This document shows, one piece after another, positions 14,190 to 31,154 of a stretch of DNA of 64,000 nt. A program made the translations under genes and the position numbers. Below the pieces are notes generated by a model. It was not told the origin of the DNA. It saw nothing but the letters and a program-made list of their open reading frames with translations, and did no database searches. Source of the DNA: Macrostomum lignano (taxonomy: Eukaryota). The stretch is taken from the NCBI GenBank assembly GCA_002269645.1, contig NIVC01002871.1:1-64000 (forward strand). Direction: 5' to 3'. Position 1 is the stretch's first letter. Each line of letters starts with the position of its first letter.

Positions 14190-15620
14190 CTGGACCTAAG
14201 GAAGCTTATCCGACGGTATATGTAAATTGGGTGAACAGAATAAGCTGGAACAAGGACTCTAAATAACTAAGAAAATGGATAAACGAATTCAAAGAGAAGA
14301 CCAATGGCGACAATTAGAAGGAGATGGTGTTGGGGACGAATAGGGCAGCTAGGAGTTATACATGTAATAATGTTAGGCTCATGGCCCATGCAGCGAGGAA
14401 AATATCGAGAACAGAATATAAACAGCAGCCCAAAGCTGGAATACTAGCTGTACGTGAGAAAGAGATTGACTAAAAGCAGACTAAAGATACGACCAAAGCG
14501 AAAATTGTTGAAGCCTGCGTGAAAAGCGTGATCATGTTCTACGCAAACATCAGACCATACCACTTACGCGAACTGAAGAAGCTACAACTACAACAACAAC
14601 AAAATACGTTGTCAATCAGTTAGAGGATGTCTCAATGAAATCCGACAGACCGTCCAGTGTCAGCACAGCAGCGTTCGTGCCGTGATACAGCGCGCCATGA
14701 CGACGGAGATCAGCTGCTCTGGCACGTTGTACGCACGACCGCTGGGGCTCAAGCTACAAAAGATTCATAGACAAAGCGTACCGGAACATTTGGAGCAAGC
14801 AACGTGGAGAACCGCTCTGACTGATGGAAGCCAGAGGAGTTACGAGCTAACATGCAGGATGTCCGGAGCGAGCTAGGAGTTGTATCCGTCAGGACTAAGA
14901 TCGAAAAAGCACATCTAAAGAGGATTGGCCACGTACTAATACGCATGTCCGACGACTGATAGACGAAGATCGCCAAGGCTGGTTCAAAGGCCTGGAGGAC
15001 ATTCCAAGGAATCGATTACTGGGAGGCTGAGAGAAAGACGCAAGACCAAAAAGCTTGGAAGAACTGGGTCCGACAGAGGATTGAGAAGATCATTGACTGC
15101 ATGGGAGAAAGCACAAGGAAACAGGATCGAACTTTGACAAAACTAAAAAAGGAATGACGAGAAAGACAACACTGATGTGGAAAGCAAGTGGACAGGGTTT
15201 GAGTGCGAGTACGAAGGCTGTGGAAAATATGCCTTAGCAAAGGAGAATTACCGATCCACCAGAAGAGGATGCACCGTAAGATGGCTAATCCGGTTAGTTT
15301 TCACCAGTGATAAATGCGACAAGACCTTTGGACAGGAAGCCAACGCGAAAAATCACACCATCAAGAACTGCTAAGGAGAAACACAACTAAACAGAGCAAC
15401 AATTAGATGCAACAGATGCAACAAAACGATCAGCAAAACAAATGCAGCTAGACACCAAAAGGACCTGCGAGGGAGCGACGAAAGCGGAGCATAACGTAAA
15501 ACAACAGGAGAATCAGACAGCTCGTAAGTACAAGGCCAAGAGGACGACATGCGGAAATTACAGCGGACGAGAGATGGCGGCGGCGTGACAGAAAAGTTGT
15601 AAAGCTCACTACCATAGGCA
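14190..15620 (+). mobile_element. Degenerate RTE-type non-LTR retrotransposon, RT C-terminal region followed by zinc-finger-like modules
   Basis: Broken frames give KAKIVEACVKSVIMFY and DVRSELGVVSVRTKIEKAHLKRIGHVLIRMSDD, typical of the post-RT region of RTE LINEs. These are followed by CEYEGC, DKCDKTF...NH and CNRCNKT...RHQ motifs. Many stops and frameshifts. Confidence 0.6.
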
Positions 15621-15639
15621 CTCTAACCACTGGGGCCCC

Positions 15640-16040
15640 ACGCCATGCGGCGAGAAAAGGGAAGAAGAAGATGCGCGCCTCCTCGTTGGTGCGGCGGAGG
15701 GCGAGGTGACGGCGGAGTGTCACTGTGCCACGTTGCGGGCGGAACCCATTCTGCTCGGGGCGCAGAAACGGGTCCAACACAGGCTGTAACCGCGCTAGCA
15801 GCATCCGATTGAACAGCTTTGCAGCACAGGACATGAGCGAGATCCCCCCTGTGCTCCTCCTTCTGCGTCGTGCCCGCGGCTTCTTCGGTACCGCAACGAT
15901 GTGCGAAACTGTCTACTCGCGGGGCGCGGCACCTCCAACGAGTACACATGTACGCCGTTCATCACACGGGCCACCTCAGTGGAGGGCGATCCTCATGATT
16001 TGCAGTGCCTCGACGTATTGCGAGCGAACTACATGACGTC
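15640..16040 (-). mobile_element. Non-LTR (RTE-like) reverse transcriptase N-terminal fragment, frameshifted
   Basis: IVAVPKKP...EHRGISLMSCAAKLFNRMLLARLQPVLDPFLRPEQNGFRPQRG is the conserved RT domain 1-2 signature of LINEs. Confidence 0.8.
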
Positions 16041-16972
16041 CATTCTGGTCACAGCAAGCACCAGATTTTCCAGCACATAGGTTCCAAATCCACCAAAAGG
16101 GCTACCACACATTTGTACTTGATGAAGGACCACTGCAGTAAAACACTAATACAGAGGTTACAGCCGCAGTGGTCCCTTGATTTACTTTCCCCGGCCAATT
16201 CGAATGGGTCCCTCCCCTCTTGGTCGCGCCGGATTGTTTTAATTACATGGTAAAGGTCAAGGTGCCACTAATCAATTTGGCCAGGGTCAACTACATGTGC
16301 ATCTACAATGTATAGCCTCGCAACCCTTGGATTGCAAGTGGGATCAAATAGCAACAATCAATCCGACTTTACGGTAGACGGTGTATTGAGAGACTTGTAC
16401 TTTTAACGCCCTATGCAACTACACGTACATGTACACGTATATACGAGTACATCTAATTAAATTTACCGCCGGGCAATCGACAGTTGATAAATGCAAATAT
16501 GAATATAAACTTTGCTAAATTTGAAGGGAGATGAATATTATTAAAGCTTTATAAATTGCATGTTTAAAAGCATTCGACAAGCCAGTGAGGAATGCAGAAA
16601 ACAACAAATTTAAATGTTTCTGTTTTCTATTTAAAAAAAGAATTCCACGACTAGAAAATGCACTCTTGGTGCAATTTAAAAAAATGGTGCTTGCAACATT
16701 TTACAAAAATCAGTAAATTATCAAAAGGCGGAACACGTGGATTCAATTGCATGCTAAAATCCCCACAAATCTAGAAAATCTTTCTAGTTTTCCAGCTGTG
16801 CCTAGCAGTGGATGACGATCATGCAAGACAGACACTGACTTTGAACTAATGTACATAGCTTGCATTCAAATATATACTACTGCAAACACTACATGTACGG
16901 TAAAAAGGCAGAGTTAATGAAATGAACCAGCAGGTGTATGAAAAATTCAGAAGTAACACGGTCGCGGCAGCT

Positions 16973-18482
16973 CTAAACGACTGACTCTCGCTCGCGTTGC
17001 CAGCCAACTGCTGCTTGTCCGCTGCCGTTTCCGCGTGACTCGCCGACAGCCGCAGCCGTTGGCCGCTGGCGCCAGTCATTTCGATCGTAGCCATTCCTGC
17101 TGGCATTTCCTTGACCATATCGATTGGAATTCCCATGACCGTAGTGAATACCGTTACCATAGCCGTTACCATTGCCGTAGCCATTTCTTCGACCATCGTG
17201 CCGATCAGGTCCCAGTGATCGACGGCTCAAAGTTTCTGCTTGTACATGCTGCCTACGCTGGTCTCCGATAGCGAATTTTCCTCGATTGCGCCTCTGCGGC
17301 ACCGGCGGTGGCTGCGCCTGCCGCGGCGGCGGAGGCGGCATGGGTCGCCACTGGCCCGGATCGACGGCGGCGCCGTGGCTTGTCGCCGCGCCAATCAGCC
17401 ATCGAGTCCGCTCCAGTGCCGCTTCGGTCTCAGCTGCGGTGGCCGCCGCCGCCGCCTCCGTTGCCGCCGACTGGCGCTCGATTTCTCGCTTCATAGCTTC
17501 GAAAGAGTCCAGCGCGCTGAATCGTTGCCTAGACAACGGTTGCCTAGACAACGAATAGAAACCCGCCGAATTTTGATGCGGCGGCGGTGGCTGCTGAGGA
17601 TGCGGCCTAAACAACGGCTTAGGCAGCGGCTGAGGCGGCTCCGGAGGTTCAATTCGCTTCCATCGCGGTCGAGGCGGTGGCGGCGGTGGCGGCTGTTTCA
17701 ACGGTTTAATCGACCAGCGCCGCAGCTCAAGCTCAGGCGAGTTGTCCTCATCGTTATCCACGCCTTCGCTGTTGATTCGACGCTCAACCTCGGCTGCAGC
17801 GGCCTCCAGGTCGCTCAGATCGGCCAGAGTTGCGTATCGACGCAGGGCCGAGTATGGATGAGGCTGCTCCAGCTGCTGGAATGGTTGCTGCTGCTCTTGC
17901 TGCTGGGTCCAGTCTTCCGCATTGCTGCTCCCAGAAGCTCTTCTCCGATGACGCTCGATCGTACTGCGAACGTGTCGCTCGTAGCTGGACAGCGGCTCGG
18001 GAATGTCCGCGCCGTACAGTGCGCGGTCGAGACTGAGCTGCGACTGCGAGCGCGTCAAGTCCAGGGTGGAGCTGCGCCAGGCTCGGTAAGGCCTGGCCGA
18101 GGCCTGCCGCTCGACCGCTTCCGGCTCCTGGCGCCGCGGCTCGAACGGCTCCATGCGAGTGGCCAGGCCGCTCTGTACGCGACCTCGAGCTGGCGCGGCC
18201 TCGAACACGCGGATGAGCTGGCGCGGCAGCGAGTGATGCCGACGACGGCCCTGAAGTAGGCGACCTCTGGCGGAGCTGCCCGGCTAAAAATTGAAATAAA
18301 CAAAACAAGTGAACAGATTGGGAGAGGCTGGGGAAAATATTTCAGCAGATAAGGCACACTCAGAACTGGAGTGTGTGCTCATAATTCTCAATGTTAGCTT
18401 CATATTCACTCCAGTCTGTAGTTGTCCCTCTCTCTCTTACCTGTGCATCCTGCGTCTCCGAGGATTGTACAGTTGTCTCCAT
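16973..18482 (-). CDS. Uncharacterised Pro/Arg/Gln-rich, probably disordered protein (~450 aa). Main exon 18283-16973, putative first coding exon 18482-18441
   Basis: 1311-nt GC-rich open frame begins at a strong acceptor (TTTCAATTTTTAG|CCG). An upstream GCCATGG...CAG|GTAAGA mini-exon (METTVQSSETQDAQ) joins in phase 0. No recognisable domain. Confidence 0.65.
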
Positions 18483-18488
18483 GGCAAC
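18475..18488. promoter_or_regulatory. X-box (RFX-type) motif GTCTCCATGGCAAC overlapping the putative start codon of the orphan gene
   Basis: Fits the GTNRCC/GTYNCY-AT-RGNAAC consensus. It could be a chance product of the Kozak context. Confidence 0.35.
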
Positions 18489-19492
18489 GAAATAATGCTC
18501 TTCCGACAGCCTATCTTTTGCGTGACTTCTCTCTCTCCCCGCTTCTCTCGTTGGCAGTTGCCTGGACTGTGCGTACTCAGGCTCACCTCTCTTCTTTGGT
18601 TGGAGAGAAGATGAACTGTAGCTGGACTCAATGGGTCTAGGAGAGCGGGGGGTGGGGCTGACGATTGACTGCGGCTGGGGATAAATACTTTGTAAGCTGG
18701 TTATTAGGAAATTCCTAATTGTAATTTCTCTTAGCGCTGGAGCTGTCTGTGTGTGCGGCTAAGCGCAAATGCAGCTTATTATTCTGTGAGAGCTCTGGAG
18801 GGGGGGCGGTGCAGGCAGGCAACTCCCAAGAACTGCAGTCGGCATTAGCTGCTGCTTTATAAAACTGGGGTTGGGAGCGAGTGAATAATGCTGTGAGTGG
18901 CTGTCTCTCTCTCACCCCACTGCCTTAGTCTGGGGACTCAGCTGGAATCTCGCATGCAGTCAATATCAATGCCTTCTTCCCTTAGTTGTGTCGAAGCTCT
19001 CTACTGTCCGCGGAGCGGAGCGGAAGAGTTCGACTTGGGGCAGCAACAAAGCCGATCGCTTCTAACTGTGCTGGTCGACTGTTAAAAAAACACGACTTTG
19101 AAAAGTCCAAGCGGGTCTCGTATCTCTCACAGCTGTCTGCGGTAAAAGAAATTTACAATCTTAAAAATATTTTGCTAATCATTTATTGCTATCTTATCTG
19201 AAATGGCGTCTCCGCTGTGTGTTTATACTACTGATATTGGAAAGTAGCTTAGTTCAAATCTTAGTTGCAGATTAACTATAGTTGAATTAAATTGTACAAT
19301 AGTGATTATCGATTTGGGCAGGCGTGTGGATTTCACTCCCGAACGTGCTCAGTTCCCCACTGTGTTTGCTTCCGCTTGGCAATGGCAACTGCTCACTTTT
19401 CTGCCTTGCAGCAATTCAGCCTAGATCTGAATGGAATTCTTTAGCACGGTGTACAGAAATAATGCTGGTGCTGTATGAGTCTGTTTGTGCCC

Positions 19493-20738
<1,246 letters not shown>

Positions 20739-20744
<6 letters not shown>

Positions 20745-23033
20745 TTACCGACCTCTGAGCGCACCGATCAGCCGCTTCACAGCCCAGATGATCCGCGGCG
20801 TCTTCAGATCGCTGCTGGACCGAAGGATCATCGATCGGCGCCAGTTCAACGCCTTCTGCCCTAAGGAGGAGTTCCGCACGCGGTGCTTCTACATCCTGCC
20901 GAAGATCCACAAGCCCGTCGAGTCGTGGCCGCTCGGCGACATTCCTCCGGGCCGGCCCATCGTGTCTGACGTGGACAGCGAGTCTTACGCCAGCGGCCGC
21001 TTCATCGACAGCTTCCTGCAGCCGATCGTCATCCAGCTGCCCAGCTTCATCAGGGACACTGACCACTTCCAAGCCGCCAGGAAGCTGCGGAAGCTGCCAT
21101 CCGCGGGATCGCCTGTGTGGCGTCCGAGGAGTCCTTCCTGTTCACCATGGACGTCGCCAGCCTTTACACCAACATCCCGACCGCGGCCGGACTCGAGTGC
21201 GTACAGAGGGCCTTCAGGGAGCACCCGGATGCCAGGCGCCCAGACGCGAGTCTCCTCAGTCTGCTCAAGCTTAACCTGGAGCGCAACGACTTCGAATTCG
21301 ACGGCAAATTTTTCCTGCAAGTGAAAGGCACGGCCATGGGGAAGTCGTTTGCACCCAGCTACAGCAACATCTACATGGGCTACTGGGAGCAGCGGGGCCT
21401 GGAGCTCAGCCCGCAGAAGCCCGCCCTGTGGCTGCGCTACATTGACGACATCTTCGGCGTCTGGCACGGAACGAGAGACGAGCTGGTCCGCTTCCACGAG
21501 CTCCTGGATGGCCTCGACCCGAACATCAGGTTGCAGCTGAGCTACAGCAGCACCGAGGTCAACTTCCTGGATACCACCGTCTTCTGGGACCGCGAGGGGG
21601 ACTCCAAGCGTCTGGCGACTAGAGTCTTCTTCAAGCCAACGGACAGCCGAGCTCTTATCCACCGCGACTCATTCCACCCGAGGCGGACGTTCAAGGGTGT
21701 GGTCAAGTCCCAGCTCATCAGATACGCCCGCAGGTGCTCCCGGATGGTCGACTTCGACGCGGCCTGCACCGAGCTGCTGTCGAATCTGGTGCAGCACCAG
21801 GGCTACAACAGGCGTTTTCTACGCAATATCAAATACGAGGTGCTGGCGGAGCTGGGTTTCTACCCGACAAGGCGGTGGGAGTTCGGCTTCCTGCCGTGCA
21901 ACCCGGCCCGGCTGTGCAAGTGCTGCCAGGCGCACGCCAGATTCACCTCCGTCTGCCCGGGATCCGCGTCCACGACCGTCAAGATCACCATCAGCCAGAG
22001 GATCGACTGCAACTCGGTCAACGCTGTCTACACCGTGTTCTGCCGCCGCTGCAGCTGCACGGTCTACGTCGGCGAGACGGTCAACAGCATCCGGGCCCGC
22101 ATGCTAGCGCACGTCGGCGACATCAGGCACGCACGCGACACTCCGGTGGCCCGCCACTTCAGCAACGATGGTCATAGTCTCGAGGACTTTGCCTTCACCG
22201 GAGTGTGGACGCGGGACGGCTCTGGACCCAAGGCCAATGAACGACGTCAACGCCAGGAGGCCAAACTCATCGCGGTCCTGAAAACTCTGGTCCCACATGG
22301 CGCCAACGAGCTGGCCGGGGTGCTGCACAATCCGGCGATCCCACTGATTGTGCCGCACTGCGCTGGGTCAGACACCCTGGTTGCCAAGGTGAGGGACGGC
22401 GTGGCACAGCACTGCGATGCCCCTGTACTGCCGGCCTTCACTAAAGGGAGGAGCCTTCGGGATCTACTCTGCCACAGCCAGCTCGAACCAGCTTCTGCCA
22501 ATTGAGATCAGCTGTACAAAGGCTCCTTTACTGCTATTTTCCCCTCTGTGATTTTTTCATTGACTTTATTTCGATTTATTCAGATTATTTATTTTCAGCT
22601 TTTTATTCATTTTTCTGACACTGTGTACGGTGCACCTGCATTTTTGCTCTGAGCATTTAATAATTATTTTTATTTACCTTACCTATTTATTTCGCCATTT
22701 ATTTTTGCAATTTTTATTCTACACTTAAAGGTCGTCTAGGCCCAATTGTACAGTTTTAGCCACCCCCCGCTTTTCTCATAGTCTCGGACTCGTTTTAATG
22801 TACTGACCATGCGCACTGTTTTAAGTGCTTGAGCACATCAATTTATCGATCGTCTCTCCCTGGCGATATCGCCTTTATATTTTGACGGCAATTCGCGCCA
22901 AATAAACTACACTCGCTTACAGCCCTGACGAAGAAATTTAATTTCGAAATATCGGCTACTCAATTTAAATTGACTTTTTTCAGTCCTTTCTGACTTTCTA
23001 CCGTGTCAGTGCCCGAGATTGGAGGCGCCCTCC
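20739..23033 (+). mobile_element. Penelope-like retroelement (Neptune-type): 5'-truncated RT + Zn linker + GIY-YIG endonuclease ORF (~20740-22505, one frameshift near 21100), 3' UTR and hammerhead-bearing pLTR
   Basis: FYILPKIHK, PGRPIVS, TMDVASLYTNIP, GTAMG..FAPSYSNIYM, WLRYIDDIF, FLDT and VFFKPTD are PLE RT motifs. Linker CNPARLCKCC; endonuclease VYTVFCRRC..VYVGET...RMLAH...VARHF with CCHH residues. Confidence 0.93.
22921..22957 (+). ncRNA. Minimal type I hammerhead ribozyme (HHR1) in the PLE pLTR
   Basis: AGCC-CUGACGA-A-GAAAU(UUA)AUUUC-GAAA-UA-UC/GGCU. Stem I AGCC:GGCU, intact core, palindromic AUAU stem III, predicted cleavage after C22953. Confidence 0.85.
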
Positions 23034-23145
23034 TCTCTCTCTCTCTCTCTCTCTCCCTCTCTGTATGTCTGCTCTTTCTCTCTCTCTCTCTCTCTCTCTG
23101 TATGTCTGCTCTTTCTCTCTCTCTCTCTCTCTCTCTGTATGTCTG

Positions 23146-23199
<54 letters not shown>

Positions 23200-23247
23200 G
23201 TCTGCTCACTCTCTCGGCATGTCTGCTCACTCTCTCTGTATGTCTGC

Positions 23248-23288
<41 letters not shown>

Positions 23289-23338
23289 GTCTGCTCACTC
23301 TCTCGGCATGTCTGCTCACTCTCTCTGTATGTCTGCTC

Positions 23339-23393
<55 letters not shown>

Positions 23394-23441
23394 GTCTGCT
23401 CACTCTCTCGGCATGTCTGCTCACTCTCTCTGTATGTCTGC

Positions 23442-23488
<47 letters not shown>

Positions 23489-23514
23489 GTCTGCTCACTC
23501 TCTCTGTATGTCTG

Positions 23515-23558
<44 letters not shown>

Positions 23559-23565
23559 GTCTGCT
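23034..23565. repeat. Compound (CT)n/GTATGTCTGCT array 2
   Basis: Same unit vocabulary as array 1. It starts directly after GAGATTGGAGGCGCCCTCC. Confidence 0.95.
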
Positions 23566-24268
23566 GTTTGATTTTTTACTTCACTTTCCCTTCTACTTAC
23601 CTTTGTCAGACCGTGCCGGTACCTACCAAGCCTTTTGTTGCTCCTTTCTTAGAAATTTTTTTATTCTCATCGCTAGCCCAAGCACAGCTTTTGTATATTC
23701 TCAGCATTTATTCTGCATCAACATTTCTATTGTTTCTTGACACCCTGTACTTTTTATTACACTTTTTACTTTTAATCTTTTGCTTATCGTACAATTGCTC
23801 TTTTTTAAGTTTTTGAGGGCCTTTCACCTTATTTATTTATTTATTTATTGATTTACTGCTTATTTATTTATTGAGGTCAATTTTGTAAAGTGCTTAGAGT
23901 CACTCTTTCCCCTTTTTAGACACCGGTGCAGTCGCACTATTCCATTATTTATTTCGTGTGTAGGATCGCTGCAGCCCACGTGCGGTTCACTTTATTTGTG
24001 CACTGTTTTTTATTTTGCATTTTCAACTCTAATAGTGTTTTATCGACTCACACCAAGTGTACATACCGTACGCTCTCTATCTACCTGCCTACTCTCTCTC
24101 CCCTCTAACCCGCCTATTTAATAACTTTTACAACACCACTTGTCGCTACTTTTCATTTGCCCTGACGAAGAATTTACCTAATTCGAAATATCGGCAACTT
24201 AAATCATCTTGACTTGTTTGTCCTTTTTACATGTACCGCGTCCGTGCCTGAGATTGGAGGCGCCCTCC
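23566..24268 (+). mobile_element. Second, diverged ORF-less pLTR-like unit of the same PLE family (AT-rich spacer + HHR2 + terminal motif)
   Basis: Carries a second hammerhead and the same GTGCC(C/T)GAGATTGGAGGCGCCCTCC end as the ORF-bearing copy. Confidence 0.7.
24157..24197 (+). ncRNA. Minimal type I hammerhead ribozyme (HHR2)
   Basis: UUGCC-CUGACGA-A-GAAUU(UACCU)AAUUC-GAAA-UA-UC/GGCAA. Stem I UUGCC:GGCAA, predicted cleavage after C24192. Confidence 0.85.
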
Positions 24269-24345
24269 TCTCTCTCTCTCTCTCCCTCTCTGTATGTCTG
24301 CTCACTCTCTCGGCATGTCTGCTCACTCTCTCTGTATGTCTGCTC

Positions 24346-24400
<55 letters not shown>

Positions 24401-24448
24401 GTCTGCTCACTCTCTCGGCATGTCTGCTCACTCTCTCTGTATGTCTGC

Positions 24449-24495
<47 letters not shown>

Positions 24496-24521
24496 GTCTG
24501 CTCACTCTCTCTGTATGTCTG

Positions 24522-24569
<48 letters not shown>

Positions 24570-24619
24570 GTCTGCTCACTCTCTCGGCATGTCTGCTCAC
24601 TCTCTCTGTATGTCTGCTC

Positions 24620-24692
<73 letters not shown>

Positions 24693-24710
24693 ATGCCAGC
24701 TCACTCTCTA
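24269..24710. repeat. Compound (CT)n/GTATGTCTGCT array 3
   Basis: Same units. It ends in a degenerate GTATGCCAGCTCACTCTCT. Confidence 0.95.
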
Positions 24711-25137
24711 TCTCATTGCTGCCCGATAGGAGAGTGAGGCCACTGCAGCCTGTCTCTCCAGCTTCCCTCGCTTACAGCTAATGCATCACTCCATGCAGCT
24801 CGATGCGATTCGTTCCGCATCGCCCACCAATTCATTTATCTAGTGCAGCTGCTTGTCCGGAGCGACGAGGGAAAAAATAGGCAGACTATTATTAATTTTG
24901 TTACCATTATTTCCATTGAGTATTGACGGTTTTGCACCCATTCAAACTCGTTGGAGTCATAGCTGGCTAGTTCGCCAATTTGCAAGTTGGTCGCAAGTAT
25001 TAGCAATGCTACAGGGTAATCCATTATTATTGCCGGAGAGGTGGAAAATGTTAATGCGTGTGCTTAGTCATTATACGCTCCCGTGGCTTTGCTTTGTAGC
25101 TAATTTTCATAGTCTGCATTTTTGTCTGCCTCACTTG

Positions 25138-29205
<4,068 letters not shown>

Positions 29206-29819
29206 TTTTTGTCTATCTCTCCCTCTCTCTCACCGTCCCCTGTTTACCCCAGCTCCCCCTACCCTCATCAAGATAAGGAAACGCCCTCACAGGACTTGTA
29301 GTGCATGCAGCAGCTCTGTATTCAACGGGCTTCATCAGCCCTGTTAATTCCGCAGCCTCTTTAAAACTGAGCCCCTCAGAATTTCTTCCCTCAGCTACTC
29401 ATGCAATTCGCAGAATCCCCCGTTATCATCTCGGAGTGCTGCGCGGAGGCCGCCGGCAACACAATGCAAATTATACAGAGCAGCTCAATGCCCCACCTGC
29501 TTGCATCTCTTCTTCATCACTGCCCCAAAGTCAGATTTCCATATATGGCAAGTGCCCATCGTCTTTTCTAGCCACGGCCCTACACTATCGAATTTCGCAT
29601 TCGGGGCCAACCTGTTCAAGCTCGAGTTGCTAAGGCTCCTTCGTGACTTGAGCAGCCCAAACCAGTCATTGAGTCTTTGGCTGTCAATGCTGTCTTTCAT
29701 TATTTATTTTTGAAGACATGAGGGCTTCATGCTTTCATGACCATAGCCTATTAATTTTTCGAATCTTCTTCTCTGCCCCCCATGTTTGGGCAACTATATT
29801 TATATATATTGTATTGTAA

Positions 29820-30365
29820 GTAAATCGTTATCTATCATGTTTATTATCGATAATTCGTTATCTACCATATTTATTATCTACAATTTGTTATTTATCGTGT
29901 CTATTATCGATAATTTGTCATCTATCATATCGATTATCGATAATTCGTTTTCTACCATATTTATTATCTACAATTTGTTATTTATCGTGTCTATTATCGA
30001 TAATTTGTCATCTATCATATCGATTATCGATAATTCGTTTTCTACCATATTTATTATCTACAATTTGTTATTGATCGTGTCTATTATCGATAATTTGTCA
30101 TCTATCATATCGATTATCGATAATTCGTTATCTATCATGTCTATTATCGATAATACGTTATCCATCATATTATTTATCGATAATTTGTTATCTATCATTT
30201 CTATTATCGATAATTTGATAACTCTCATATTGATTATCCATAGTTCGTTACCTATCATATCTATTATCGATAATTTGTTGTCTATCACATCTATTATCGA
30301 TTATTTGGTATCTATCATATTGATTATTGATAATTTGTTTTCCATCATATTGATTATCCATAAGT
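29820..30365. repeat. AT-rich 30-bp minisatellite with a 90-bp higher-order period
   Basis: TTATTATCTACAATTTGTTA recurs at 29871 and 29961, with 30-bp subunits containing ATTATCGATAAT. Confidence 0.85.
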
Positions 30366-31154
30366 GCCAATTATCTTTAATGTACAATAAGTGCGAGTAC
30401 AATTTATATATACAGTGAATTGACTGTGTCACCAGTCCCAGATAATAATTACTCGTATCAGCTCGCATAATTGACAATAATAATTTTATAAATCATACAT
30501 TTATAACGCAAAGTGAATGATAATTTTTAATCCTATTAATTTTAATGTTGCACCATGGAACATGAGCAATAAAAATCTCTGAGGCTTATATACTCCGGAG
30601 GGAAGGCCTTATACTTGCGGGGGCAGCTCAGCGCAGCTTTTATCGTCGCAGACTGAGCACTGATTTCTAATTTCCTCAACTCCCTATCCGCCGGCTCTGC
30701 AAAATCTACCTTTGCCATCTTTGCCCCCCCCCGCTTGCGGTATGGAAATTGCAGCTCCCGGTGCTGGCTGCTGACCGGAGCCAGAAAATCAGCTTTTCCA
30801 TACCCCCTGGCTACCCACCCTCTCTTGCCTGCAGACTCTCTCACCCACCCTCTGCACAATCTCTCTTATAGTCAGTGAGATTAATTGTGGCTCAATGAAG
30901 ACAATAAAGCTTAATCAGGGCTTGCCGACCGACTCCCGACAGATCAAAGGCCATCCCCTCTCTCTCTATCTGCCCTGCCCTGCCCTGCCCACCCTTATAA
31001 CGACCAGACACCAACGCAACTTCCTATCTATCCTGGCTTATATATTTTACAATGTCGGCCGATTTAATACTAGTCTCTCGGGCCTCTTTAATACGAATAC
31101 TGCCTGCCTGTTTCTTTGTTTGTTGTTTAACGCGGCTTTTTGCTGAATCACTAT

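Noticed and set aside
17240-18259. 339-aa Arg-rich plus-strand ORF
   Set aside because: It is the antisense shadow of the GC-rich minus-strand exon, which has the proper acceptor and more natural composition.
20985-22501. Minus-strand ORFs over the PLE
   Set aside because: Antisense shadows of a high-GC3 RT/endonuclease ORF.
29320-29345. Minus-strand CTGATGA as a third hammerhead
   Set aside because: I found no downstream stem II-GAAA or stem I pairing.
29485-30859. Short minus-strand ORFs (71 and 105 aa) in moderately GC-rich islands
   Set aside because: No motif was recognised. They may be old transposon debris but cannot be supported from sequence alone.
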